DNA from: Pedosphaera sp. | GTDB lineage: Bacteria > Verrucomicrobiota > Verrucomicrobiia > Limisphaerales > SIBH01 | NCBI GenBank assembly: GCA_031414955.1 | Contig: JANOQV010000165.1 | Span: forward strand, 1-52,977 | Direction: 5' to 3' | Length of the DNA stretch: 52,977 nt | Shown here: piece after piece, positions 1 to 9,909 of the stretch | Numbering within the stretch: position 1 is the first letter of the stretch | Layout: the number at the start of each line of letters is the position of its first letter | Made by a program: the position numbers and the translations under genes | The notes under the pieces: model-generated | Databases searched by the model: none | Told to the model about the DNA's origin: nothing | The model's input: the letters and a program-made list of their open reading frames with translations, nothing else

Positions 1-268
1 TGGGCCGGGGCTTGGGCGCGGGACTGGGTTGACTTGGGGGCGATGCTTTTTTCATGTGACGACACGACAGCCATGTTCTTGTTTTTGCCGGTCGAGGAAC
101 CGTGACCACCTCACTTTAAGAACAGTGTCAAGATGCACCCCCGGTGCCCGGCCGTGCTTCTTGAGCGTTGGCAAAACTTTGGGGGTTGGGCATGATGCTC
201 CGCAATCTGAACAGCGAGCCTTCAACACTTCTTCGCGCGCCGGGCAACCAGGCCGGCGTTTGCTGCTG

Positions 269-1477
269 ATGAAACGAACCCTCTCGCCCGCCGGGCTGCT
301 CTGCATCCTCACCGGTCTGAACCTGTTCAACTACCTCGACCGCTCGGTGCTCTCGGCCGTGCTGCCGGAGTTGCAGAAATCGCTGGGCCTGAATGACGAA
401 CAGGGCGGCACGCTCGGCACGGCCTTCATGCTCGGCTACTTTCTCACCTCGCCCCTCTTCGGCCTGCTCGGGGATCGGCTGCCGCGCAAGTGGCTCATCG
501 CCTTCGGCATTTTCATCTGGAGCGCGGGCACGGTTTTGAGCGGGTGGACGAATGGCTACTGGAATCTGATCTGGTTTCGCGTCCTGGTGGGCGTGGGCGA
601 GGCCAGCTACGCCACCATCAGCCCGAGTTTGATTGCCGACAGTTTCTCCGGCCCCAAACGCAACACCGCCATCACGATTTTTTACGTGGCCATTCCGGTG
701 GGCGCGGCGCTGGGATTTGTCCTCGGCAGCCAGATTGCCGCGCAGTGGGGCTGGCGGCATGCGTTCATTTGGGCGGGTGCTCCGGGCCTGTTGCTCGCGC
801 TCTTGCTCCTGCCCTTCGCCGACACGCCACGCAGCGCGACGCCCGGCTCGGCCAAGCCCACCGTGCGGGATGCCCTGCGCCTGTTTCTTTCGCCGGACTA
901 CATGCTCGTGGTGCTGGGCTACACGGCTTACACCTTTGCGCTCGGCGGCTTTCAGCACTGGGGGCAAAGTTTTCTGGTGCGGGAACACGGTTTGAGCCTG
1001 GCCCGGGCCGGGACTTTCTTCGGGCTGACCATGGTGGTGGCCGGGTTGGCGGGAACTTTTCTGGGCGGCCTGGCGGCCAGCGCGTGGCGCCGACGCACCC
1101 CGGCCGGATACGCCTTGTTGCTCGGTTGGTCCATCGTGGCGGCCACGCCTTGCGCGTTCCTTGCCCTCACTTCGACCAACACCACGCTGGCCATGGCTCT
1201 GCTCAGCCTCACCATGTTCCTGCTCTTCCTCTCGATGGGGCCGGTCAACACGCTCATCCTCGAAACCGCTCCGGCCCAGTTGCGCGCCAGCGCCATGGCC
1301 GTGTCCATTTTCATGATTCACCTCTTCGGCGATCTTTGGTCGCCTAAGATCGTCGGGGCCATCGCCCATCAAAGTTCGCTCGGGCGCGGGGTGCTGGTCC
1401 TGCCTGTGGCCCTCATTCCGGCCGCGCTGCTCTGGCTGCTGCTCGCGGCCCGGATGAAGCGGGTGGCGCGTTCTTGA
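269..1477 (+). CDS. MFS transporter (spinster-like)
   Basis: About 12 hydrophobic segments; NLFNYLDR and GLLGDRLPRK (MFS motif A); GVGEA. Start moved to ATG 269 (MKRTLSP). Confidence 0.88.
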   Translation: MKRTLSPAGLLCILTGLNLFNYLDRSVLSAVLPELQKSLGLNDEQGGTLGTAFMLGYFLTSPLFGLLGDRLPRKWLIAFGIFIWSAGTVLSGWTNGYWNLIWFRVLVGVGEASYATISPSLIADSFSGPKRNTAITIFYVAIPVGAALGFVLGSQIAAQWGWRHAFIWAGAPGLLLALLLLPFADTPRSATPGSAKPTVRDALRLFLSPDYMLVVLGYTAYTFALGGFQHWGQSFLVREHGLSLARAGTFFGLTMVVAGLAGTFLGGLAASAWRRRTPAGYALLLGWSIVAATPCAFLALTSTNTTLAMALLSLTMFLLFLSMGPVNTLILETAPAQLRASAMAVSIFMIHLFGDLWSPKIVGAIAHQSSLGRGVLVLPVALIPAALLWLLLAARMKRVARS

Positions 1478-1508
1478 ATTCCAGGCGCGCTTCCCGCCGT
1501 GCCCACGA

Positions 1509-1537
1509 TTGCTTCGCCCCTGGATGCAACCTAGCCT
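1509..1537 (+). promoter_or_regulatory. putative sigma70-type promoter for ltaE (leaderless)
   Basis: TTGCTT-17 nt-TAGCCT, 6 nt before ATG 1544; no Shine-Dalgarno. Confidence 0.5.
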
Positions 1538-1543
1538 CGGCCC

Positions 1544-2638
1544 ATGTCCACGCCGACCACCAACGAAAGTCAGAGCCGCGTTCTGTTGAATCGCGCTCCT
1601 GCTGATGCCCGCCGCCAGTTCGCCAGCGACAACTACGCCGGCGTCTGCCCCGAGGCCTGGGCCGCCACCGAGGAAGCCAACGCCGGCCACCAGCGCAGTT
1701 ACGGCGACGACAAATGGACCGAGCAGGCCGCGAATCTCATCCGTGACATCTTCGAGGCCGACTGCGAAGTGTTCTTCGTTTTCAACGGCACGGCGGCGAA
1801 CTCGCTCTCGCTCGCCTCGCTCTGCCAGTCCTATCACAGCATTCTCTGCACGGAACTGGCCCACGTCGAAACCGATGAATGCGGCGCGCCGGAGTTTTTC
1901 TCCAACGGCACCAAGGTGCTGCTTGTGCCCGCGACCAACGGCAAGATCGATCCGGCCGGCGTGGAACGTATGGTGAAGAAACGCACTGACATCCATTACC
2001 CGAAGCCGCGCGTCGTGAGCATCACGCAGGCGACGGAGGTCGGCACGGTGTACACGCCGGATGAAATCAAAGCCGTGTGGGCCAAATCCAAATCCCACGG
2101 CTTGCGCATGCACATGGATGGCGCGCGCTTCGCCAACGCCGTGGCCTCGCTGGGCTGCGCGCCCAAGGAGATCACCTGGCAGGCCGGCGTGGACGTGCTC
2201 TGTTTCGGCGGCACGAAAAACGGCATGGCCGTGGGCGACGCCGTGGTGTTCTTCAACCGCGAACTGGCCGCCGAGTTCGATTACCGCTGCAAACAGGCCG
2301 GCCAGCTTTCCTCCAAAATGCGTTTCCTCTCCGCCCCATGGGTCGGGATGTTGAAAGATGGCGCGTGGTTACGGCACGCCCAGCACGCCAACACCATGGC
2401 TGATTTGCTGGAGAAGAAACTGGCGGCGCTGCCCGGCGTGAAGCTGCTGTTCCCCCGGCAGGCCAATGGCGTCTTCGCCGAATTACCCCGGCCAGCTATC
2501 GAGGGACTGTGGAGCAAAGGCTGGCTGTTCTACACCTTCATCGGCGCGGGCGGCTGCCGCTTCATGTGTTCGTGGGACACGAGCGCGGAGGATGTGGACA
2601 AGCTTGCGAATGATCTGCGCGGGCTGTTGCAGCTGTAA
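1544..2638 (+). CDS. ltaE: low-specificity L-threonine aldolase (PLP-dependent)
   Basis: FASDNYAG, FNGTAAN, ETDECGAPEFF, HMDGARFANA and FGGTKNG (PLP lysine) motifs. Confidence 0.92.
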   Translation: MSTPTTNESQSRVLLNRAPADARRQFASDNYAGVCPEAWAATEEANAGHQRSYGDDKWTEQAANLIRDIFEADCEVFFVFNGTAANSLSLASLCQSYHSILCTELAHVETDECGAPEFFSNGTKVLLVPATNGKIDPAGVERMVKKRTDIHYPKPRVVSITQATEVGTVYTPDEIKAVWAKSKSHGLRMHMDGARFANAVASLGCAPKEITWQAGVDVLCFGGTKNGMAVGDAVVFFNRELAAEFDYRCKQAGQLSSKMRFLSAPWVGMLKDGAWLRHAQHANTMADLLEKKLAALPGVKLLFPRQANGVFAELPRPAIEGLWSKGWLFYTFIGAGGCRFMCSWDTSAEDVDKLANDLRGLLQL

Positions 2639-2704
2639 CCACACCCCTCATAGCGGGCGAGACCCAGGGCGGACGCATCTAAATCCCCCATCGGTGAAAG
2701 TCAG

Positions 2705-2825
2705 AAACACCAAACTCCAAACATCAAACGGGCGGTCGCTGGGGAACCTGCCCAGCACTGGAACCTCTTCTTGGAGCTTGGTGTTTGGAGCTTCTCTGGT
2801 GTTTGAAGTTTGATGTTTGGTGTTT
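2705..2825. repeat. inverted arrays of heptamer repeats (AAACACC/AAACTCC/AAACATC ... TTGGAGC/GTGTTTG)
   Basis: Left arm aaacaccaaactccaaacatcaaac (2705-2729); right arm ttggagcttggtgtttggagc...gtttgaagtttgatgtttggtgttt (2771-2825) is complementary to it. Confidence 0.75.
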
Positions 2826-2937
2826 CGGACCGCAGTTCACCTTGTGTTTGGATCCATCTGCCCTCGGGCGCGACCAATCGTTCCTTTACAGCCGAAGGTC
2901 TTGAACTATTCTCCGCCGCGCAACCCTGAGACGAATT

Positions 2938-3660
2938 ATGGCACGAGGCCCCGCGGAAATGTTGATCGAGTCGGTGAAGCTGGAATTACCCGATACCAAG
3001 ACCATCCACCTCAAGTGGCCGGACGGGCAGGATTATGATTTTAAGACCGGCCAGTTCATCACCGTGTACTGGCCGGACACCACGAATTACAAACGGGCCT
3101 ACTCCCTTTCCTCCTGCGCCCTCGACCGCAGCTTCTTTGAGGTCACGGTCAAGCGTGAGGGCAAGATGGGCACGCGCATCGTCGATTGGGCCAAGGCCGG
3201 CGACAAGATGATGGTCCTGCCTCCGACCGGCCGGTTCCTCCCCGTCTTCGATCCGCCGGGGAAGCATCTCATCTGCATCGCGGGCGGCTCGGGCGTCACG
3301 CCGTTCCGCGCCTTCGTGCGCGAGGCCACCCGGCGCAATCTCGATACTCGCATCACCATCCTCTACAGCGTGCGCACGACCCACGACATCATCTTCAACG
3401 AGGAGTTCCGCCAGCTCGAAGCGGAGAACCCCCGCTTCAAGTTCCTCGTCACCTGCACGCGGCTGGAGCCGACCGATCCCTGGACGGGACGGCGCGGGCG
3501 CATCACGCCGGAGTGGACCAAGGAGATCGCCGGGAGCGACACGGCGAATTGTTATTTTTATGCCTGCGGACCGAACGCGCTGGTGGACAGCGCGGAGCAT
3601 CTGGTCCTCAAAGACCTCGGCCTGCCCAAGGAACAACTGCGGCTGGAGAAGTGGGGCTAG
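2938..3660 (+). CDS. FAD/NAD(P)-binding oxidoreductase, ferredoxin-NADP reductase-like (no 2Fe-2S domain)
   Basis: FKTGQFI, RAYSLSS (FAD), IAGGSGVTPF (NAD), YACGP and terminal EKWG. Confidence 0.88.
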   Translation: MARGPAEMLIESVKLELPDTKTIHLKWPDGQDYDFKTGQFITVYWPDTTNYKRAYSLSSCALDRSFFEVTVKREGKMGTRIVDWAKAGDKMMVLPPTGRFLPVFDPPGKHLICIAGGSGVTPFRAFVREATRRNLDTRITILYSVRTTHDIIFNEEFRQLEAENPRFKFLVTCTRLEPTDPWTGRRGRITPEWTKEIAGSDTANCYFYACGPNALVDSAEHLVLKDLGLPKEQLRLEKWG

Positions 3661-3708
3661 TCATGGAACATCACACCGGTCCCCGGTGATTCGAGGGACA
3701 CACCTGTT

Positions 3709-4845
3709 ATGACATTGAAACGCACTCCCCTTTTCGCCGCGCACCAGCGGCTCGGCGGCAAACTGATCGAATTCGGCGGCTGGGAGATGCCCGTGCAGTA
3801 TTCCAGCATCACCGATGAACATCTCTGCGTCCGGAAGTCCGCCGGCATCTTCGACATCTCGCACATGGGCGAGTTCATGGTGAGCGGCCCGAGCGCAGCG
3901 GCCTTTTTGAACCATGCCCTGACCAACGACATCCGCAAGCTCGCCATCGGCCAGGGCCAGTACACGCTGATGTGCAACGAGCGCGGCGGCGTGGTCGATG
4001 ATCTCTACGCCTACCGTCTCGCCGAGGAGGATTACCTGCTCATCGTCAACGCCTCGCGCATCGACGCGGACTGGGACTGGTTGCAAGGACAGTATGACAG
4101 CGGCGCGGTGGCCGGGGAGATTCGCATCCGCAATGCGTCGGAGGAGTTCGCGGCCGTGGCCATCCAAGGACCTCGCGTGGTGGAGTTTATCAACAAGGTG
4201 GCGCCGGGCGGTTCGATCAGCGGCACGTTCGTGAGCAAGGTCTCGGACCTGAAGAAGAACGAACTGGGCGTGTTCATGTTCGACGCGGCCTCGATTTACG
4301 TGGGCCGCACCGGTTACACGGGCGAGGACGGCTTCGAGATCGTGGCCCCCAACGACCTCATCGAAGCGGTGTGGAATCGCGCGCTGGCCGTGGGCCATCA
4401 GGGCTGCCTGCAACCCGCCGGGCTGGGCGCGCGGGACACGCTGCGCACCGAGGTGTGCTATCCGCTTTACGGCCACGAGCTGGACGAGAACACGACGCCC
4501 ATCGAGGCGGGCGTGGGGTTCTTCGTGTCGCTGGACAAGGGCGAATTCGTGGGCCGCGCCGTGCTGGCCGATCAAAAAGCCAACGGCACGAAGAAAAAAC
4601 TGGCCGCCTTCAAGATGATCGAGAAGTCCGCGCCCCCGCGACCGCACTATCCCATCCACATCGGCGGCGCGCTGGCCGGCGAAGTGGTGAGCGGTACGCA
4701 AAGCCCCTCGCTCAGTCTCGGCATCGGCCTGGGCTACGTGCCAACCGCATCGGCCAAGGCGGGGACGAAGATCGAGATTGAGATTCGCGGGAAGAAGTTC
4801 GCTGCGGAAGTTGTGGCCAAGCCGATTTACAAGAAAGTCAATTGA
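3709..4845 (+). CDS. gcvT: glycine cleavage system aminomethyltransferase T
   Basis: LKRTPL, FGGWEMPVQY, FDISHMG, RTGYTGEDGFE, GLGARDTLR and LYGHE motifs. Confidence 0.97.
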   Translation: MTLKRTPLFAAHQRLGGKLIEFGGWEMPVQYSSITDEHLCVRKSAGIFDISHMGEFMVSGPSAAAFLNHALTNDIRKLAIGQGQYTLMCNERGGVVDDLYAYRLAEEDYLLIVNASRIDADWDWLQGQYDSGAVAGEIRIRNASEEFAAVAIQGPRVVEFINKVAPGGSISGTFVSKVSDLKKNELGVFMFDAASIYVGRTGYTGEDGFEIVAPNDLIEAVWNRALAVGHQGCLQPAGLGARDTLRTEVCYPLYGHELDENTTPIEAGVGFFVSLDKGEFVGRAVLADQKANGTKKKLAAFKMIEKSAPPRPHYPIHIGGALAGEVVSGTQSPSLSLGIGLGYVPTASAKAGTKIEIEIRGKKFAAEVVAKPIYKKVN

Positions 4846-4919
4846 GGTAAAACAGCGTCCGAACAGCCGTTCTGAATGCGCTTCGCCAGCGAATGATCAA
4901 CATCGGTGCCGCCGTGCCG

Positions 4920-5177
4920 TCATTTCTGTTCCAACTTCTTCTCCAGTTCGCTTACTCGCTCCTGCAATCGCAACAACTCACGGCAGAGGAAATGCAGCGT
5001 GGGAATCACCAGGAAGCAAAGTGGAATCCATGCTGCCCAAATCAACGGAACGCCCGTGAACGGGCTGGCAATACTGGTCCCACCGCCTAGCACAGCGAAG
5101 AAAGTCGCGATGCCCAAAACTGTCCGCGAAGAGCGTCTCCCAAGGCCTTGAATGGTTTCTTCACAGTAGTCTTTCAT
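4920..5177 (-). CDS. small hypothetical membrane protein (2 TM + coiled coil)
   Basis: 85-aa ORF filling the gap between gcvT and the hydrolase; two hydrophobic stretches, then LLRLQERVSELEKKL; lower GC than the flanks. Confidence 0.5.
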   Translation of the reverse strand: MKDYCEETIQGLGRRSSRTVLGIATFFAVLGGGTSIASPFTGVPLIWAAWIPLCFLVIPTLHFLCRELLRLQERVSELEKKLEQK

Positions 5178-5226
5178 AAATGCTAAAACGGATTGAAGTC
5201 AGCCTGACTTGAACTGGACGACCGCC

Positions 5227-7251
5227 CTACCTCTTGCTGTTCTCCACGAATTCCCAACCCTCGCCGAAGAAGCCGGCCTCGACCACTTTGCCCGGCCAGC
5301 GCGAAGAGGGCGGCGTATCGACATCCACCACCGCCCAGTCGGGCAGCTTCGGCACCTGGCGGGCGTTGTTCAGGTAATCGTATTCGCGGAAGGTGAAGCC
5401 GCTGTTCAGCACCACGTAGCGGCTGGGATTGAGCGGATTCGGCTGGATGAGCAGCGGCACATGATTGGCCGCCGCGAAGGACTTGGTGCCCAGCTTCACC
5501 GACTGCACTGTCCATTGCAGCGGCAGTTTGTCGAGCAGCTTGGGCAGCAACTGGTTGGACTGCGCGTCGCCCCAAAGGATCAAATTGTGCGCGGCCATGT
5601 CGGCTTCGGTGATGGCGGTGTCGTCCTTCACCCGGGCGTCGCCGCGAAAGTGACGGCGCCATTCGTTGGTGAAGTGGGCCAGTTCGGAGGCGGTCCAGGC
5701 GGCGATTTTTTCGTTCATGGCCTGGCCGGTCGGACGCACCACGAGGAAGCTGCCCATGAAGGCGTCATCAATCGGCCCTTGCAGACCGCGCTTCTTCATC
5801 AGTCCCTTCTCCGGCGACTCGCCGAAATACCAGCGCGTGCCGAGCTTGTAGAACGCCGCCTCATAGGAACGATCCGAGCCGGGCTTGGGCGCGGCCAGTT
5901 CCACGTCGTCGATGATCACGCGCACTTTGTCCCGCAGATCGAAAGAGCAAAGCCCGGCCGGCATGTCCACGCGGAAGGCCGAGACGTTCTCGGTGCTGAT
6001 GCGCAGCGAATTGCCGCCGGAAATGTCCGCGTTGATCCGCGCACGCGCCCAGTGCTTGCCCAATTGCTCGACGGTGAGCCAGGAGCAGAGGCTGTAGCGG
6101 AGCGTCCAGGTGGTGAACCGAAGCTGCTTCGGCAGTGGGTCGCGGCCCTGCGCAGCGATGCTGTCGATGCGGCGGTTGATCTCCTGCTTGGCGGCAGCGT
6201 GGTAGGAGTGCTTCGTCCCCGGCCCGATGACGTGCGTGAGTTCGAGGCCCTCTGCGGTCATGGCTTTGGCCATGACGTCGGCGGCCTGCTTCTGTCCATC
6301 GAGTTCACCGCTGTAAGCCACGGTGGGGAGATTGTAGAAATTCATGGCGTAGTCGGTGGCGTTGTATTGATGCCACAGCGCCTGCTCGTACCAGGTCGGC
6401 TCCATCTTTTCGTTCTGCCACACTTTGAGGAAGTCCGGCGTTTCGGAGAAGCCGGCCCCTGGCGCGGCCGCGGCCCAATGACCCGGATAATGCGCCGCGA
6501 TCTGCCAGCAGGCCGCGCCGCCCAACGAGAACCCGCGGACCACGATCCGGTTGTCATCGATGAGATAATTCTTCCGCACATCGGCCAGGGCCTCGAAGAC
6601 ATCGACCTCGCCGGCCAGCTTCTGGCCGTTGCAGTACCGGCTGAAAGTGTGGAGCACGATGGTGTTGGGCGGCGTGAAGTCGCCGGAAGACTTCTGGCGC
6701 TGGGCGAGGAAGTTCAGCTCGCTGAGCTTCTCATCGCGGCCGTGAAACCAGAAATCGAGCCGCCATGGGCGCGGGGAGTTCGGCGAGAAGCTGGCCGGCA
6801 CCACGAGACCGTAGGGCTGCACCGAGCCATCGAGCCGCGAAATGTAGCCGCGGACCACCAGCCCGGTCGCGGCGATCCATTGCGGGCGGCCCTCGCGCAG
6901 TTGCTGCACGCGATCGAAGCCATTCTTGAGCAGCGCGCGGGCGGCGTTCACCTCGTTGGTCGGATTGAAGATCTCGTCGTAGCGCACCGCCCAATCGACG
7001 GCCTTGTGGAAGATCTCGATGTCCGGCAGCAGGGCGAGCGAAGCGGGCTTGGACTTCAATTCACCGCGCAACTTTTCAATCTCGCCCCGAAGCTTCTCCG
7101 TGCCCGAGGTCAGTTCGGCGCGCACGTCGTCGGAAATCTTCGCGCCGGGCGGCGGCACAGGCCGGACCTTTTCGGGAATGTTGTCGGCGGGTCCGTCGGC
7201 CAGCACGGCGCTGGCGAGCGCCGCCATGAAAAGCAAAAGCGTCTTCCCCAT
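5227..7251 (-). CDS. secreted prolyl-oligopeptidase-family serine hydrolase
   Basis: Signal peptide MGKTLLLFMAALASAVLA; GFSLGG nucleophile elbow; WFHGR; YSGELD and HSYH candidate triad residues. Confidence 0.75.
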   Translation of the reverse strand: MGKTLLLFMAALASAVLADGPADNIPEKVRPVPPPGAKISDDVRAELTSGTEKLRGEIEKLRGELKSKPASLALLPDIEIFHKAVDWAVRYDEIFNPTNEVNAARALLKNGFDRVQQLREGRPQWIAATGLVVRGYISRLDGSVQPYGLVVPASFSPNSPRPWRLDFWFHGRDEKLSELNFLAQRQKSSGDFTPPNTIVLHTFSRYCNGQKLAGEVDVFEALADVRKNYLIDDNRIVVRGFSLGGAACWQIAAHYPGHWAAAAPGAGFSETPDFLKVWQNEKMEPTWYEQALWHQYNATDYAMNFYNLPTVAYSGELDGQKQAADVMAKAMTAEGLELTHVIGPGTKHSYHAAAKQEINRRIDSIAAQGRDPLPKQLRFTTWTLRYSLCSWLTVEQLGKHWARARINADISGGNSLRISTENVSAFRVDMPAGLCSFDLRDKVRVIIDDVELAAPKPGSDRSYEAAFYKLGTRWYFGESPEKGLMKKRGLQGPIDDAFMGSFLVVRPTGQAMNEKIAAWTASELAHFTNEWRRHFRGDARVKDDTAITEADMAAHNLILWGDAQSNQLLPKLLDKLPLQWTVQSVKLGTKSFAAANHVPLLIQPNPLNPSRYVVLNSGFTFREYDYLNNARQVPKLPDWAVVDVDTPPSSRWPGKVVEAGFFGEGWEFVENSKR

Positions 7252-7317
7252 AGATGAGTGACGAGTGGAAACCAAAGAATGCGCCAAGCCAATGGGAATC
7301 GAAAGCGCCCCCGGGCG

Positions 7318-8757
7318 TTACTCCTCCGCCGAAAGCCGCCGGTAAAGAGTGGCGAGGCTGATGCCGAGTATTTGGGCGGCCTTCTCCTTCTCGCCGCCGG
7401 CCTGCGTCATGGCGCGGTTGATGAAGGTCAGCTCCTGCGCCCGCATGAAATCCTTGAGGTTGGCGGGCTGCGCAGGAGCCTGGCCGAGCTGGGTCTGGCC
7501 GGGAGCGGACATGGATTCCTGGGCCGGCAAATCAAAGAACTTGGTGTCGGTGACATTCTTGTCCGGCGGCTGGGCGCGCCCGGCGTCGGCCACGCGCGGC
7601 GGCAGGCTGTCGAGTTTGATGGTCTCGGTGTCGCTGAGCACGGAGGCACGCTCGATGGCGTTTTCCAGTTCGCGCACATTGCCCGGCCAGTCGTAGGTCG
7701 CGAGCGCGCTCATGGCCTGGCGCGTGACTTGAAACGGCTGGCCCGTGCGGGCGTGAATCTTGTCGCGAAGAAAACGCGCCACGAGCAACGGGATGTCATC
7801 GCGGCGCGCGCGCAGCGGCGGCAGCTCGATGGGGATGACATTCAGGCGATAGTACAAATCCTCCCGGAAACCCCCGGCCTTGATTTTCTTCTCCAGCGGC
7901 TCATTGGTCGCGGCCAGCACGCGCACGTTCACATGAATGGAATTATTCTCGCCCACCCGGCGCACTTCGCGATCCTGGAGCACGCGGAGCAGGCGGCTTT
8001 GGAGCAACGGGGGCATGGAACCAATCTCATCGAGGAAGATGGTCCCGCCATCCGCTTCCTCGAAGAGACCCTTCTTGTCGTTGAGGGCGCCCGTGAACGC
8101 GCCCTTGCAATGGCCGAACAGTTCCGACTCGAGCAGGTTTTCTGGCAGCGCGGCGCAATTGATCGGGATGAACGGGGCGAACTGCCGGCGGCTGTTGAAG
8201 TGCAGCGCGCGTGCGATCAACTCTTTGCCCGTGCCGCTCTCGCCGAGGATGAGCACGGTGCTGTCCGTGTCGGCCACGCGCTCGACCATCTTGAAGACCT
8301 CCTGCATGGCGGGTGAGAGGCCCACGATCTGATCGAAGCGGTACTGATGCTTGAGCTGGCGCTTGAGGTAAACATTCTCCGAGACCGCCTCGTTGTAGGA
8401 GAGCGCGCGGTGGATGGTGAGCTTGAAATCTTCGAGGTTGAACGGCTTCTGCAAGTAGTCGAACGCGCCCGCCTTCATTGCATCCACGGCCGTCTGCACG
8501 GTGGCAAAGCCGGTGATGACAATGACCACGGCGGGCGGATTGAGCGCGCGGGCCTTGGCCAGCACGGTGAGGCCAACCGGTTTGGATTTCTCGAGATACA
8601 GATCCGTCACGACCAGTTCTGGCTTGTGCGTTTCGAGCAGCGCCGTCGCCGTCTCGATGTTACTGCACGGAAACACCTCGTGCCCTTCGGCGCGCAGCAG
8701 CTCCGAAGTAATCTGGATCATCGTGATCTCGTCATCCACGACGAGGATTTTAGACAT
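7318..8757 (-). CDS. sigma-54-dependent response regulator (NtrC family: REC-AAA+-Fis HTH)
   Basis: KILVVDDE receiver; GESGTGKEL, ESELFGHCKGAFTGA, FLDEIG, WPGNVRELEN; AAQILGISLATLYRR. Start at ATG 8757. Confidence 0.95.
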   Translation of the reverse strand: MSKILVVDDEITMIQITSELLRAEGHEVFPCSNIETATALLETHKPELVVTDLYLEKSKPVGLTVLAKARALNPPAVVIVITGFATVQTAVDAMKAGAFDYLQKPFNLEDFKLTIHRALSYNEAVSENVYLKRQLKHQYRFDQIVGLSPAMQEVFKMVERVADTDSTVLILGESGTGKELIARALHFNSRRQFAPFIPINCAALPENLLESELFGHCKGAFTGALNDKKGLFEEADGGTIFLDEIGSMPPLLQSRLLRVLQDREVRRVGENNSIHVNVRVLAATNEPLEKKIKAGGFREDLYYRLNVIPIELPPLRARRDDIPLLVARFLRDKIHARTGQPFQVTRQAMSALATYDWPGNVRELENAIERASVLSDTETIKLDSLPPRVADAGRAQPPDKNVTDTKFFDLPAQESMSAPGQTQLGQAPAQPANLKDFMRAQELTFINRAMTQAGGEKEKAAQILGISLATLYRRLSAEE

Positions 8758-8764
8758 GCGCGGG

Positions 8765-8793
8765 AGGTTACGGAACCACCCCCGCAGCGGCAA
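8765..8793 (-). promoter_or_regulatory. putative sigma70-type promoter for the NtrC-like gene (leaderless)
   Basis: Minus strand TTGCCG-17 nt-TAACCT, 7 nt before ATG 8757. Confidence 0.5.
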
Positions 8794-8829
8794 GCGGTGA
8801 AAAAGACAGCGGTGAAAACGCGCGCGTCC

Positions 8830-8860
8830 AAAAAAAGCCGCCGCCCGGAGAGGGCGGCGG
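8830..8860 (-). terminator. rho-independent terminator ending the lipoprotein operon
   Basis: Minus strand CCGCCGCCC-TCTCC-GGGCGGCGG-C-TTTTTTT. Confidence 0.8.
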
Positions 8861-8885
8861 GCGGCGGTGCGCGTCGGCGCACGAA

Positions 8886-9473
8886 TTAGAAACCAACGGC
8901 CGGGCGATCTCCTTGCTTGGTGATTTGACGTTCAAATTCCCAGAGGGCGACGGCCAGCGAACCGGGGGCAGTGAGGGACAGTTGAAAGGTGTAGGTGGCC
9001 TCGCGAATCTTTCCCGCGCGCACCTGCGTTTTGAGAATTTTACCCGACAGGGTGAAGTCCGGGTTCTTCGCGACCTTCTTGTCCTCCAGGAACCTTTGTT
9101 CGGCGGCGAGGCCTGTTCCTTGCGGATCTTCACCGGCGGGGGTGGCCGTCAAGGCCTTGCCGCTCTGGCTGATGGCGACCCGAATTTTCTTGGTCAGCAA
9201 CGAGGTGTCGTAATGAAGACCGGTGCGGTTTTGGATCAAACTCACGGCCACAATTGCCGGCGGGGCCGCCACTTTGTCCAGCGCGCCCGAGGCTAGCAGC
9301 GAGTTGATGGCGTCCGTCGCCGCCGCCGTGAAGTCCTTGTCGTTGATGTCACCCACGGTGGTGATGCTTTCGCGGCCACCCGTATCGATGACGCGGGCGT
9401 TGTTGGTGGCGCACCCGGTGAACCCGAGGGTCACGGCGGAACAAGTGGCCAGCAGGAGAAGTTTTGTTTTCAT
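8886..9473 (-). CDS. LpoB-family (penicillin-binding protein activator-like) lipoprotein
   Basis: Lipobox FTGC; INDKDFTAAA...SLL, IQNRT...DTSLLTKKIRVAI and PDFTLSGKI match the LpoB-like pattern. Confidence 0.8.
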   Translation of the reverse strand: MKTKLLLLATCSAVTLGFTGCATNNARVIDTGGRESITTVGDINDKDFTAAATDAINSLLASGALDKVAAPPAIVAVSLIQNRTGLHYDTSLLTKKIRVAISQSGKALTATPAGEDPQGTGLAAEQRFLEDKKVAKNPDFTLSGKILKTQVRAGKIREATYTFQLSLTAPGSLAVALWEFERQITKQGDRPAVGF

Positions 9474-9486
9474 AAGCTTACGTTTG

Positions 9487-9909
9487 TTAGTCGGATTCGA
9501 TGAGTTTTAGACGGAAATCCTGGGCCGATGGATTAGGCGCGACGGACTGAAGAAACAGGCTTTCGCCCGCCTCGATGCGACGCGTCATCAGGCCCGCCGC
9601 CGGCGATGAGAGTTGCATCGCCTGGGCGTCGAACCACTCGAACTTGAAGGCAAACCGCTGGGCGGATCGAGTCCGGTTCAGCAATTCAACCTGGACTTGC
9701 ACCAGTCCGCCGGCCGTCCTCGAGTCGTTCACGCCCACGATATAGACCTTGCGCGACAGGCTGGCGTCGGTGAGCACGCGTTTATCGGTGACCATCTGGC
9801 GCTGGCCGACGGGTTGGGCCCGTTCGACGGTGTTCATGGAGGTCCGGCAGCCGGTGAGCATCAGGGCCCCGAGGGCGAGGGCGAGTTTGAATCCGAAGTG
9901 TGTTTTCAT
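9487..9909 (-). CDS. YcfL/DUF1425 family lipoprotein
   Basis: Lipobox LTGC; FKFEWFD, SVAPNP and DFRLKL. Start ATG 9909 overlaps the upstream stop (ATGA). Confidence 0.8.
   Translation of the reverse strand: MKTHFGFKLALALGALMLTGCRTSMNTVERAQPVGQRQMVTDKRVLTDASLSRKVYIVGVNDSRTAGGLVQVQVELLNRTRSAQRFAFKFEWFDAQAMQLSSPAAGLMTRRIEAGESLFLQSVAPNPSAQDFRLKLIESD

Noticed and set aside
2639..3708. Glycine riboswitch upstream of gcvT
   Set aside because: The spacer before gcvT is only 48 nt, and no GGAGA...CCGAAG...CTCTCAGG aptamer pattern is seen in either spacer.
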